In this document: piece by piece, positions 8,730 to 17,277 of the stretch
Numbering within the stretch: the stretch's first letter is position 1
Layout: each line of letters starts with the position of its first letter
Virus record (IMG/VR): IMGVR_UViG_3300013767_000083
Coordinates: 1 to 39,792 of that record
DNA from: a virus
DNA length: 39,792 nucleotides
Reading direction: 5' to 3' (one strand)
Position numbers and translations under genes: made by a program
The notes under the pieces: generated by a model
The model's input: only the letters and a program-made list of their open reading frames with translations
Told to the model about the DNA's origin: nothing
The model's database searches: none

Positions 8730-9551
8730 CTAGGCGCGGCCCTGTTTGCGTACCCATTCCTTCAAGTCCGTGTAGGACATGCGGTCGATGGTCGTCGGGG
8801 CCACGCCACCCGCTCCCTGTACGGAAGGCGGTGGCGGGGGAGCCTTGGTTGTCCGAGGCACGGCCTTGGCCGCGAGGGCCTCGACACGTGCCAGCTCCTT
8901 GACCGCCGCGATTGGGCTGAGGCGCGCTATGCGATGCGCTGAGTCTTCGTTCTCTACCAACCACTTCGCTAGCTGCGCTGAGTGATCGGCATCCTTGAGG
9001 TAGTCGGCCATCACAGGGGAAATCGGGAAACTGCTGTCATCGAACAGGGTGTCCAGCACTTCGCCAAATCCCTCGATGTCCTTGCCATCCTTCGCCAATT
9101 GCTCGCGGAATCCTGTCCGCTGCCGCTCGGCTTCGATCTCCTGTGCCCGCTGCTCGGCTCTCTGGTCGGCTTCTTGCGATTGCCGTCCACTTTCCTGCTG
9201 AGCAACGTGACGCGCCCTGGCGTCGATGTACTCCTCGTAGGTCTTGAACTGTCCGACTTGTGGTTCGGCGTCGTTGGCCGGGACTGGCTTCTGGCGTTCT
9301 TCCAGAAGGGTTAATGCCCGATTGGCGACGTTCCACGCCTGCTCATTTTCGCGGGTTAATCTGTCGATACGTTTCTGAAAGCCCCCGCGAGGCTTTTGGT
9401 CTTGCGGGTCTTTCGCAGCGGTATCCGCTGGGGACGCGGCCGACTCGTCCTTGGTATCGACCTGAGCAGGCGCTAGCGGCGCGCCAGTACCATCTGAGAT
9501 ATGAGCATCGCTCATATTTTGGGTTACGTCAATAGTCTCGGTATCGCTCAC
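8730..9551 (-). CDS. Scaffolding protein (positional call)
   Basis: 273 aa, acidic, with a Glu/Gln/Arg-rich predicted coiled coil, lying between portal and coat. It has a GTG start with a GAGGTG ribosome-binding site. Confidence 0.5.
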   Translation of the reverse strand: MSDTETIDVTQNMSDAHISDGTGAPLAPAQVDTKDESAASPADTAAKDPQDQKPRGGFQKRIDRLTRENEQAWNVANRALTLLEERQKPVPANDAEPQVGQFKTYEEYIDARARHVAQQESGRQSQEADQRAEQRAQEIEAERQRTGFREQLAKDGKDIEGFGEVLDTLFDDSSFPISPVMADYLKDADHSAQLAKWLVENEDSAHRIARLSPIAAVKELARVEALAAKAVPRTTKAPPPPPSVQGAGGVAPTTIDRMSYTDLKEWVRKQGRA

Positions 9552-9559
9552 GCGTCACC

Positions 9560-11632
9560 TCATTGAGGAATAGGTTCGAGTTCTGCCATCTGAGGCATGC
9601 CACCGGGTGGCAATTGCGGAGGCACAGGAGGGGAGCCAGGAACCTGCGTACCGGGAGGCCCGCCAAAGCCCGGCGGCGTTCCCAGCGCGTCGATTTGGGC
9701 CTTGAGCGCCATCACGTTGGCATTCATCTGCTGCATGAGCTGAATGACATTGATACCCGCGCCCACGGCCTCGATCTCGGCCTGCTCGGCTTGTGCCGTG
9801 AACAGCTTCGCCTGTGCCGCGCTCTTGTCTGCATCAGCCTTGGCCTTGGCGGCCTCTGCTACATCCTTGGGATTGGGCGGTGGCGGTGGAACGTCGGGCG
9901 CCTCGCCCGTGATCTGAGGTGGCATCGTGCGCTTGATGCGGGCTGCAATCTCCTCCGCTCCGGGGAAATCCATGTTCTTGATGACGAGGTCGCCAGCGAT
10001 ATCCGCGATTTTGGGATAGCTCCGCACCAGCTCCGTCATGTTCTGCGCTGCTTCCTGACGGCGGGTAGCGAAACTAGGTCCGGTAATGACCGTCACGTCG
10101 TACTCGCCGACGCTCAGATCATTCAGCATCTCCATGATCTGGCCGTCAGGACCCGCGAGCTGCTGATGGTTAGGTTGGTTGACGCCCACCATCTTATGGG
10201 TGCCGTCCTCGCCCAAGACGCGGACGATGCGGGCCGTGTCGTAGATCTTGGGAATCAGATCGACCAGAATCCTTCCGCAAAACTGGATGGCCGTTCCGAG
10301 GTTATCGACGTAGTTGAACGTCCCCGTATCAGCCTGAGCATTCCGGGCATTGATCGCTCGGCCGCTGGTCTCGTTCGACGGTGCTCCTAGCGAGACGTTA
10401 TAGACGCCCACGACAGCCTGTAGATCGGCGCCGGCAATCTGTGCCTGGCTATCCAGGCCCTGCTGGGCAAGGGCGGGTTGAGCACGCGTCGGCGCCCCTC
10501 CTCCCGCCGGATCGGGATTGAATGGCAGATAGGGATGGTTCTTGCTGCCCGCCGTCTTCCAGAAGCGCTCGAGCCCCTTGAACATCTTGACTGTGCCGAC
10601 CCACGGGGCCTTGGGCTGGAGAGCCGCAGCCTCAGCCGCCGCCGTACGCATATAGTTGTAGACGCGCTGCGGATCCTTGGCGTCCCGGATCATCCCGCGC
10701 CGGACAACACGACCCTCGATGAAGATTTCCTCGCCGATCACAGGGCAGATCGGGATGTACTTGCCCGCCCACTCGACTTCCTCGGTCAGGAACTCGCGCC
10801 CGCTCATCAGGCGCATGCAGACCTTGTGGGTTTCGACTTCTCGCTTCTGCTGAACGGTTACACCGGGGTGCGCCTTCTTGGGGTCGTCTAAAACCGACCC
10901 ATCGTCCATTAAGTACAGCGTCTTTTTGACCGGCTTCTTGTACCAGTACTCGGCAACCATGATCGATTGCATCGAGAACCAGGTGATCCCCTGGATCGCA
11001 TTGGGACCTGCCGGCATGCCCTCCGCGACCGCATCAGGCCAGCGCTGCCTGAACGTCTCTTTCGGGATCGGGAACAGGATGAAGACATAGCGCCCATCGG
11101 CCTTGTCGGGCTCGCGCGCCGCTGGGTCATAGAGAACCGCGAATGGATCGGGAATGCGCTCGACCCGGATATCCTGCTCGAAAGCATCGTCGGAACTGTA
11201 CTGCGTCTTAACCCGGAACGATCCCAATCCCGTCACGCAGGCATTCTCAAGGCCCTGTACGTAAGCCGCCTTGGCGTTGCTCTGCACCTCGATATTGCGG
11301 ATCAGGCCGTTGTAGATCTCCGCCACCTCCTCGCTGGCGCCGTCCTTAGCGGGTGCAACCTTGACTGATGGGGTGTTCTTACGAGCGTCGCCCGTGACCT
11401 GATGGATGAAGCCCGGCAGGCGATTGACTGTGATGACCGGCCGGTTGCTGTCCGTGCGCTCCTGTCGGGCATCGGGAAGCCACTGTTCGCCGGCATAAAA
11501 GCGCTGGTCATCGCGGCCGTTATCGAAATTCTCGCTCTCGGCCGTCCACGACTCGTTCGCACGCCGCATAGCGTATTGGAACGGATCGTCCTCCTCCGTC
11601 GAGTTCTCGATATCGCGGCCGGCGTTGGCCAT
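9560..11632 (-). CDS. Portal protein
   Basis: 690 aa. The N-terminal block FYAGEQWLPDARQERTDSNRPVITVNRLPGFIHQVTGDARKNTPSVKV is typical of podovirus portals, and the gene lies directly downstream of TerL. Confidence 0.85.
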   Translation of the reverse strand: MANAGRDIENSTEEDDPFQYAMRRANESWTAESENFDNGRDDQRFYAGEQWLPDARQERTDSNRPVITVNRLPGFIHQVTGDARKNTPSVKVAPAKDGASEEVAEIYNGLIRNIEVQSNAKAAYVQGLENACVTGLGSFRVKTQYSSDDAFEQDIRVERIPDPFAVLYDPAAREPDKADGRYVFILFPIPKETFRQRWPDAVAEGMPAGPNAIQGITWFSMQSIMVAEYWYKKPVKKTLYLMDDGSVLDDPKKAHPGVTVQQKREVETHKVCMRLMSGREFLTEEVEWAGKYIPICPVIGEEIFIEGRVVRRGMIRDAKDPQRVYNYMRTAAAEAAALQPKAPWVGTVKMFKGLERFWKTAGSKNHPYLPFNPDPAGGGAPTRAQPALAQQGLDSQAQIAGADLQAVVGVYNVSLGAPSNETSGRAINARNAQADTGTFNYVDNLGTAIQFCGRILVDLIPKIYDTARIVRVLGEDGTHKMVGVNQPNHQQLAGPDGQIMEMLNDLSVGEYDVTVITGPSFATRRQEAAQNMTELVRSYPKIADIAGDLVIKNMDFPGAEEIAARIKRTMPPQITGEAPDVPPPPPNPKDVAEAAKAKADADKSAAQAKLFTAQAEQAEIEAVGAGINVIQLMQQMNANVMALKAQIDALGTPPGFGGPPGTQVPGSPPVPPQLPPGGMPQMAELEPIPQ

Positions 11633-11633
11633 G

Positions 11634-11834
11634 TCAGGCGCTTACCGAAATGCCGGGATATCGCGACTTCACTTTGCGTCTGATGGTCGCTTGCTGGGCA
11701 GGAGACGCATACTCCGACCCGCGAGCGAGCGCGTTCGTCGCCCTATTGGCCGTGTCGAGCGGATACTTTCGCCCCGGTAGAGCGAATTGAGACGTTGCAG
11801 GCGCATTGCGGCGCTTCGAAGTAAGTTTTGCCAT
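11634..11834 (-). CDS. Small conserved phage protein between TerL and portal
   Basis: 66 aa from the ATG at 11834, with GGAG 9 nt upstream. Sequence starts MAKLTSKRRNAPATSQFALPGRKYPLDTANRATNALARG. Confidence 0.45.
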   Translation of the reverse strand: MAKLTSKRRNAPATSQFALPGRKYPLDTANRATNALARGSEYASPAQQATIRRKVKSRYPGISVSA

Positions 11835-11845
11835 CCATGTGACTC

Positions 11846-14041
11846 CTATGCGGACATCCAGCCGCCACGAACCTTGCCGTAGCGCTCTTCCTGTTCTCGG
11901 GCTTCGATTTCGGGTACTTCGTAGACCACGCACATCAGGCCGAAGGCATCGCTGTTATGGACGACGGCGCCGTTCGCAAGGGAGAAGCAGTGGCCGTCGG
12001 GGACAGTTATGTCCCAAACATCAGACGTTTCGCTTAGCCGCTTGACGCGCGCGATACGCGGCAGCCCATTCGTTCTGCTTTCCGCGAGCGCGATAAGCAG
12101 CGACCTTGCACTTTTGCGAACAGAATTTGCCGGCGTGGCCGCTCTTGCGGACCAAGGCCATATGGGGCTTCCCGCAATGTTCGCAGGGACGCTCTTCGCG
12201 CTTCCACTTTGTCCAACTCTTGGAACGTTTGGCGTGTCGCTTGTGCCACAGCCGGCCTTCAGGCGATCGATGCCAATCTGCTGCCTTGTCTCGCGCAGAT
12301 GCGGCGAACCAGCCACCTTCTGGGCGCTCTCGCTTAGCCCAAGATTCGGACAGATGGATACTGGCTGGGACGCACTCCAAATTTTCGAGTCGATTATTGA
12401 GTGTGTTTCCGTCCCGATGGTGGATGTGGCAGCCAGCGGGAACAGGCCCGAATGCAGCCGCCCAAGCATCTCGATGCAGCTTCTTCCCGCCTCGCGATAG
12501 ATACGCTTCACTCGGCCAAAGACGGTAAAGACCGCCGTCGAAATACTGCGTGATCTCGTCAAGGTAGATTGGATCACGGTATTCGGCGTCAGGGACGCCG
12601 CGGATTTCCACCCGTTCTCTGTCAAGAATAAATGATCCGGCGTGCATTTCACCGAATACCCGCCTGTGAACACCACCTCCACAAGTGGGGCATCCCGCCT
12701 CGTGATCCTTGGATAGATGTATCGCTTCCAGCCGCACGGAGTTAGAACCTCGCCTTCTTCAGGTAACTCCGATATGGGTTGCGTTCCGTAACGCGTCAAT
12801 ACTTCTGCGTGCGGATGGAAACATCCGTGACTTGACCAATCATGGTCTGGCCCTAATCCGATGTTGCGCGTCTCATCGCGCTTCTCGTGATACCAGCCGA
12901 GCGCTTCCAATCCGGGCTTGGTGGTCGCTTCGTTAAACCAGATTGATAGAAAGAGCCGGCGGGCGGCCTCGATGCGAGCAGCCGCGGCGCCCTTGCCCTG
13001 GTTCGGGACTACGGTGACCTCGTAGCCAGCTTCCCGAAGCGCGGACGCGTAGCTGACGTCATAGACCTTGTCGTTGCTGTCGCCGTCATGGGGTAACCAG
13101 AACTGCGCGCGGTTGGGCGTATAGTCCCGTTGGCGACACCATTCGAGATGGGCCCCCAACGGCTGGCCGACGGTCTCGTAGTAGTCCAGCACGCGAATTT
13201 CCCGGCCCACAAACTGTGCTACCCAGATCACGAAGGCATCGGCGCGGGCGCCCGTCCCGCCGATATCGACGAATAGGCGGATAGTCATCAGCGGATCGGC
13301 CGCTACATTGCCAATCCTGCCTTTAGCCTTGGCCTCCGCGAGGCAGCGTGCATAGTACGCACCCGCCAATACCGTGACGTATCCGCCTTCCCAGATATGA
13401 TCGTACTGCTCGGGATTATCCCTTAAGCAGTCCTGCCGCTCCCGTTCAAGGACGCTCGGGAACCAGGGATTGTCCGACCAGTTGGCCCTTACAACGATGG
13501 CGCCCGTGGGCAAATTCTTACCCTTGAACAGCATATCGACCGGATCGGTCTTACGACGCGAGTTCCACGAGAACCAAATCTCCGAGTCTTCCGCGCGGAT
13601 CGTTGGCCGCAACATATTCAGGGAACTCAACGATGCGGTCTGCGCCTCTTCCCACCACGCGCGCTTGAATTTCTCCAGCGACTTCACGGATTCAGCCGTG
13701 TAGTCCTGCATGCCCTTGAAGATGATGACGCCATCACGCGGCGTCTCGATCACGTCCTTGAAGACCTTGAAGCCGTCCGCTTGCCCCAAGCGATGGGTTG
13801 CGAGCTTGTCCTCGATCAATAGCTTCGCGCTCTGCGTCAGATCCTTCTGTACCTCACGGATACAGACCGATCGCAAGCCCTCGCCGCTGACGCCCGGCTC
13901 AGCAAGGCTGTCTTCGACCATCAGGTCGGCGAAGAAGTGGGATTTGCCAGAACCGCGACCGCCCCATGCCGCCTTGTAGCGAGCCGGCACCAGTAGCGGC
14001 TTGAACACCCGCGCTGTTGGGATATCGAGGACCGCGCTCAT
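11846..14041 (-). CDS. terL: Terminase large subunit, interrupted by an intein (about 441-aa extein plus 290-aa intein)
   Basis: Walker A motif WGGRGSGKSH, a PBSX/Terminase_3-like N-terminus, and the nuclease motif DHDWSSHG|..|SDAFGLM split by the intein. ATGA overlap with the upstream small gene. Confidence 0.9.
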   Translation of the reverse strand: MSAVLDIPTARVFKPLLVPARYKAAWGGRGSGKSHFFADLMVEDSLAEPGVSGEGLRSVCIREVQKDLTQSAKLLIEDKLATHRLGQADGFKVFKDVIETPRDGVIIFKGMQDYTAESVKSLEKFKRAWWEEAQTASLSSLNMLRPTIRAEDSEIWFSWNSRRKTDPVDMLFKGKNLPTGAIVVRANWSDNPWFPSVLERERQDCLRDNPEQYDHIWEGGYVTVLAGAYYARCLAEAKAKGRIGNVAADPLMTIRLFVDIGGTGARADAFVIWVAQFVGREIRVLDYYETVGQPLGAHLEWCRQRDYTPNRAQFWLPHDGDSNDKVYDVSYASALREAGYEVTVVPNQGKGAAAARIEAARRLFLSIWFNEATTKPGLEALGWYHEKRDETRNIGLGPDHDWSSHGCFHPHAEVLTRYGTQPISELPEEGEVLTPCGWKRYIYPRITRRDAPLVEVVFTGGYSVKCTPDHLFLTENGWKSAASLTPNTVIQSTLTRSRSISTAVFTVFGRVKRIYREAGRSCIEMLGRLHSGLFPLAATSTIGTETHSIIDSKIWSASQPVSICPNLGLSESAQKVAGSPHLRETRQQIGIDRLKAGCGTSDTPNVPRVGQSGSAKSVPANIAGSPIWPWSARAATPANSVRKSARSLLIALAESRTNGLPRIARVKRLSETSDVWDITVPDGHCFSLANGAVVHNSDAFGLMCVVYEVPEIEAREQEERYGKVRGGWMSA
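11954..12823 (-). mobile_element. Class-1 intein within terL (codons 407-696)
   Basis: Block A is CFHPHAEVLT (TGT at 12823-12821), block B is SVKCTPDHLFLTENGW, and blocks F/G are DVWDITVPDGHCFSLANGAVVHN followed by the +1 Ser. Confidence 0.85.
12021..12737 (-). CDS. HNH homing endonuclease ORF nested inside the intein, in a different frame from terL
   Basis: Motifs KKLHRDAWAAAFGPVPAGCHIHHRDGNTLNNRLENLECVPASIH and a C-terminal CEHCG...FCSQKC zinc ribbon. (14041-12737) mod 3 = 2. The true start is uncertain (track GTG at 12737, ATG at 12647). Confidence 0.7.
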   Translation of the reverse strand: MRLEAIHLSKDHEAGCPTCGGGVHRRVFGEMHAGSFILDRERVEIRGVPDAEYRDPIYLDEITQYFDGGLYRLWPSEAYLSRGGKKLHRDAWAAAFGPVPAGCHIHHRDGNTLNNRLENLECVPASIHLSESWAKRERPEGGWFAASARDKAADWHRSPEGRLWHKRHAKRSKSWTKWKREERPCEHCGKPHMALVRKSGHAGKFCSQKCKVAAYRARGKQNEWAAAYRARQAAKRNV

Positions 14042-14334
14042 TCGGCCTTCGGATCAAAGATGGAGCGGCGGATTTCGTGGATGACCCTAACGCCCGGATC
14101 GTCCGGGCCACCGCCGATGATCGCTTGAGCGGCCTTGCCATAGCCGCGATCTAGGAATTCCCTGGCCGCCGCGACGCGCGCGGCGTCGCTATCGCTACCC
14201 TCCATCACTGTTTTGAGCGTAGCAAGAGCGGCGGCCGTATATTCGCGAGCCAACTCCTTCAGCTCACGGGTAGCCTTATTGGGCGTGCCTTTCTTTCGGC
14301 CACCTCTGCGCTCTCCTGGTTTGGAGCCGCGCAT
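14038..14334 (-). CDS. Putative terminase small subunit or DNA-binding protein
   Basis: 98 aa with a basic N-terminus (GERRGGRKKGTPNK) followed by helices. The ATGA overlap onto the terL start suggests translational coupling. Confidence 0.4.
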   Translation of the reverse strand: MRGSKPGERRGGRKKGTPNKATRELKELAREYTAAALATLKTVMEGSDSDAARVAAAREFLDRGYGKAAQAIIGGGPDDPGVRVIHEIRRSIFDPKAE

Positions 14335-14444
14335 AACTAGTTTTTACTTCTTTTGCGGCTAGGGGACCGCATGCTGACTCTCGCACGCTAGAGAAGGTCA
14401 GCTTCTCTAGTCAAATGCCTTGCGCGAGGAAGTCAAGAGTTTTG

Positions 14445-14684
14445 TTAGTAGCTCATGCAGTTCACGGACGAACCTGTGCGATAGCAGTTCGTAGTGACGA
14501 TTGGATTGCCAAACTTCGGCACAACGAAGTTTGGTGTCTGAAAGAGGGGCGGCGGCACATAGACCGGATATGCCTGGTAGGGTGGGTATGCAATTGTGCC
14601 GTCTGGATTGCGACCGTACAAAACTGAATCGCATGCTGAAAGGGTCGTCATAAGAATTGACATAATGATTGCAAGATATTTCAT
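14445..14684 (-). CDS. Small lipoprotein (moron-like)
   Basis: 79 aa from the ATG at 14684 with a GAGGTG ribosome-binding site. Signal peptide plus lipobox MKYLAIIMSILMTTLSAC. The local sequence is visibly more AT-rich than its neighbours. Confidence 0.6.
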   Translation of the reverse strand: MKYLAIIMSILMTTLSACDSVLYGRNPDGTIAYPPYQAYPVYVPPPLFQTPNFVVPKFGNPIVTTNCYRTGSSVNCMSY

Positions 14685-14702
14685 AATACACCTCGCGCGA
14701 GT

Positions 14703-14730
14703 AGTATAGCTCATCATGCGACGGCTTCAA
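14703..14730 (-). promoter_or_regulatory. Sigma70-like promoter for the lipoprotein gene
   Basis: Minus strand reads TTGAAG, a 16-nt spacer, then TATACT, about 20 nt upstream of the ribosome-binding site and ATG. Confidence 0.4.
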
Positions 14731-14935
14731 TGGCGCGCCACTTTCGGAGCGCTCGAGAAAAACCTACGGCTGGCGGGTGTGGTAATCCTGCCGATGCGCG
14801 ATACCGGCTTACCGTAATGGCCGTAAAGTGCTTGCCGGTTTGGGCCTGGATCCATGCCGCCACCTGGGCGTTAGTGTATCGATCGGCGTTCATGCGTAGG
14901 ATATCGGCGCAACGTTGACACCAAATTGCCCTCAT
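14714..14935 (-). CDS. Hypothetical protein
   Basis: 73 aa from the ATG at 14935, with an ATGA overlap to the nuclease gene. Confidence 0.4.
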   Translation of the reverse strand: MRAIWCQRCADILRMNADRYTNAQVAAWIQAQTGKHFTAITVSRYRASAGLPHPPAVGFSRALRKWRAIEAVA

Positions 14936-15366
14936 CGATGCACCTTCCGATATTCCCAAGCGGGCTCGCAGCCATGGGCGTGGATGCCTAGGTTCTCCTC
15001 CCGTGCTTTGGCCTCCTGGGTGACGTAGTCGTGCGAGTAGCGGATGAACGCCCATGCCAACCCTCGCCTGACCATCTCAGCCTGGACATCGACACCATCG
15101 GCCCTGCAGAGGCCTATGATGCGTCCGTAGCGATCGTGGCCCCTGTTCTCGCAGACGATCGTGTGGCCCTCAAGGAGGCTCCGTAGGGCCTTAGCAGCCT
15201 CGATTCCAGCAAGCCATCGGTCTGGGCATGTTTGGTGCAGCTCGGGTGCGTCGATGCCCCACAATCTGATCTTGTGGCCATCGAGCTTTATCGTATCGCC
15301 GTCGGTCACCGTCTGAGCTGATGCGGATCTGGCGATGAGCAGCAAGGCCATGATGAGCAATCTCAT
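14932..15366 (-). CDS. Secreted staphylococcal-nuclease-like (thermonuclease) protein
   Basis: 144 aa from the ATG at 15366 (ATGA overlap). Signal peptide MRLLIMALLLIARSASAQ, then the SNase motifs DGDTIKLDGHKIRLWGIDAPE and DRYGRIIG. Confidence 0.75.
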   Translation of the reverse strand: MRLLIMALLLIARSASAQTVTDGDTIKLDGHKIRLWGIDAPELHQTCPDRWLAGIEAAKALRSLLEGHTIVCENRGHDRYGRIIGLCRADGVDVQAEMVRRGLAWAFIRYSHDYVTQEAKAREENLGIHAHGCEPAWEYRKVHR

Positions 15367-15704
15367 CGCCAAAACCACAGGTACAATCGCAAGCGCGTGA
15401 TCATCTCGCGCACCTCTCGCTCTGTCTTGCGGGTGGTGAGGGGTGTCATAGCCATCTCGTCTTGTGGGGGGAAGTGCTTCCAATGCGGTCGTTTGCCCTC
15501 GGCCACATTACGGCGACAGAGCTTGCAATCGCCCTCAGAGCCGGGTGGATTGCGAAAAATCGATAGCCGAGTGCCGTTCGATCGATTCCAACCATAACCG
15601 CACATCGGCCAGTAGTTGCCGGCTTCGGTCAGGGCATATGTGTGCGAGAGCGCGTATGGCTCGTTTCGGTCTTGTCCTTCCAGATAGTAAGCAACCTTGC
15701 TCAT
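15363..15704 (-). CDS. Hypothetical protein
   Basis: 113-aa ORF with GGAGG 5 nt upstream of the ATG, downstream of the primase-helicase. Confidence 0.45.
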   Translation of the reverse strand: MSKVAYYLEGQDRNEPYALSHTYALTEAGNYWPMCGYGWNRSNGTRLSIFRNPPGSEGDCKLCRRNVAEGKRPHWKHFPPQDEMAMTPLTTRKTEREVREMITRLRLYLWFWR

Positions 15705-15735
15705 CTCGCCTCCGCTAATGCCTTGTGCCGAAGCC

Positions 15736-17277
15736 TCATCGCATGGCCTCCGGCTCGATTATGGTGTAACGGGTGCGCTCTTCATTCCATGCGCCCCAGA
15801 TTTCGCCCGGTCGGCCGATTGCGTTGTAATAGCGAGACTTGACGACCTTGATCGCCGTCTCGGGCTTATTGAAGTCGGCGCGATGAATGACGATTCCAAC
15901 GTCAGCCTTGTTGCTAAATTGTGCCGAATCAGCGATGTCCCACAGCCCAGGCACCGGATATGTGCCGTCCTTGCTGCGCTGCATCTTGGCTGGATGCGCC
16001 ACGAGGATCAGATGAATTTGGTATTTTCTAGCCAGCTTTTTGAATTGCTTAATCGCATAGCCGACGTATTCCGTCATCGACATGCCGTCCGGCCGATCCT
16101 CGTTCGACATTTCGTTGAAGGGGTCGATGACTACGATCGAAACGCCAAACCGAATGATTGCAGCAGCAATCTTCTCAAGCATCCAGATGAGCGTCGGATC
16201 TTCGTCCTCGTTCGGCACGATGAAAGAAAAATGCTCGTCTATCCACGCATCAGCCTTAGCGAGCTCGTCGGGATTGAGCGCACGCTCAAGCTTGTTGCCA
16301 TGGAAGCTGCGGAGTGCGCGACGATGGTCGATCTGCGGTGTTTGCTCGAAGCTAGCAAAGACCGTGTTCCAGTCGTATGCGGCAGCCATTCGACAGCATA
16401 CTTCGTTAACAAACGAAGATTTTCCATGCCCCGGAAGGCCGGTTACAACGCAGAAATCTCCGCGCCGGACTCGGTAGTGCTCCCAAAGGTTCTGGATGCC
16501 GATGTCGTAAGCCTTCGGCGGATTAAGGGGCGGCAGCTCAGAGAGACGATAGACGCCCTCAACCTTCAGCCATTGGGCGCGCTCTATCGATTTTTTGACA
16601 CCCTGATCGCCGTAGAGGCGAAGAGCATCATTTAGATCCTTGCAGTCCTTCGGATATTGGAGCCACTTGCAGCGATGTCGGCCTAGTCGGATAGATAGAT
16701 CGTGCAATAGATTAGCGCCCGGTCCGTCAGAGTCGGTCGCGAGAATAATTTCACGGCAATTAGCTAGAAGCCGCGCCGCTTCCTCGAGGTAAGCATATTG
16801 TCGTCCCTCCTCGCTTCGTTCCGCTGGCGCGCCACTTGGCACTGAAACCGTTCTTGGAAAGCCTGCCTGAATGGCGGCTATGGCATCCATCTCACCCTCG
16901 GTGATGATCACGGGCTGTGTCTCGAGCGTCTCATCACGAAGACAATCGATGTTCCATAGTATCTGCTTGCCGCCGCCATCCTGAGTAAACCGCTTATCTC
17001 CCGATAAAGTTCGGTACTTTGTCGCGACGACCTTCCCATGCTCAAGAAATGGGATGGCAATGCAATCACCAGGCAGCTTGTTTGATGGCTCGACGCCAAG
17101 CCTCACGAGCAGCTCCGGATCGAGACCGCGAGCCTCGAGCGCCTCGACCGTTGAAGCTGGAAATGGCTTCAGAATCGCGTAATCCGCCGCGCCAGCCACA
17201 GTGCCAGCAATTCCAGACGGCGCCGTCGTCCGTGACGGTGACGCTGAGGCATTTTTCGCGGGAGTGTTTTCGTTCAT
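15736..17277 (-). CDS. Primase-helicase body (TOPRIM plus DnaB/gp4-like helicase). The credible part starts near 17184.
   Basis: TOPRIM motifs PVIITEGEMDAIAA and IILATDSDGPGA, Walker A GLPGHGKSS, Walker B VVIDPFNE. The ATG at 17277 has no Shine-Dalgarno sequence, and the first ~31 codons overlap the zinc-finger ORF. Confidence 0.8.
   Translation of the reverse strand: MNENTPAKNASASPSRTTAPSGIAGTVAGAADYAILKPFPASTVEALEARGLDPELLVRLGVEPSNKLPGDCIAIPFLEHGKVVATKYRTLSGDKRFTQDGGGKQILWNIDCLRDETLETQPVIITEGEMDAIAAIQAGFPRTVSVPSGAPAERSEEGRQYAYLEEAARLLANCREIILATDSDGPGANLLHDLSIRLGRHRCKWLQYPKDCKDLNDALRLYGDQGVKKSIERAQWLKVEGVYRLSELPPLNPPKAYDIGIQNLWEHYRVRRGDFCVVTGLPGHGKSSFVNEVCCRMAAAYDWNTVFASFEQTPQIDHRRALRSFHGNKLERALNPDELAKADAWIDEHFSFIVPNEDEDPTLIWMLEKIAAAIIRFGVSIVVIDPFNEMSNEDRPDGMSMTEYVGYAIKQFKKLARKYQIHLILVAHPAKMQRSKDGTYPVPGLWDIADSAQFSNKADVGIVIHRADFNKPETAIKVVKSRYYNAIGRPGEIWGAWNEERTRYTIIEPEAMR

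Noticed and set aside
12034-12249. A third-frame 71-aa ORF inside the intein
   Set aside because: It is a short, basic shadow ORF with no motifs. Two better-supported frames already cover this region.
14407-14730. 107-aa ORF overlapping the lipoprotein gene in another frame
   Set aside because: The lipoprotein frame has a signal peptide with lipobox, a ribosome-binding site and a promoter. The alternate frame has no recognisable features.
17275-17277. The ATG at 17277 as the true primase-helicase start
   Set aside because: It has no Shine-Dalgarno-like sequence upstream, and its first ~31 codons overlap the genuine zinc-finger coding sequence in another frame.
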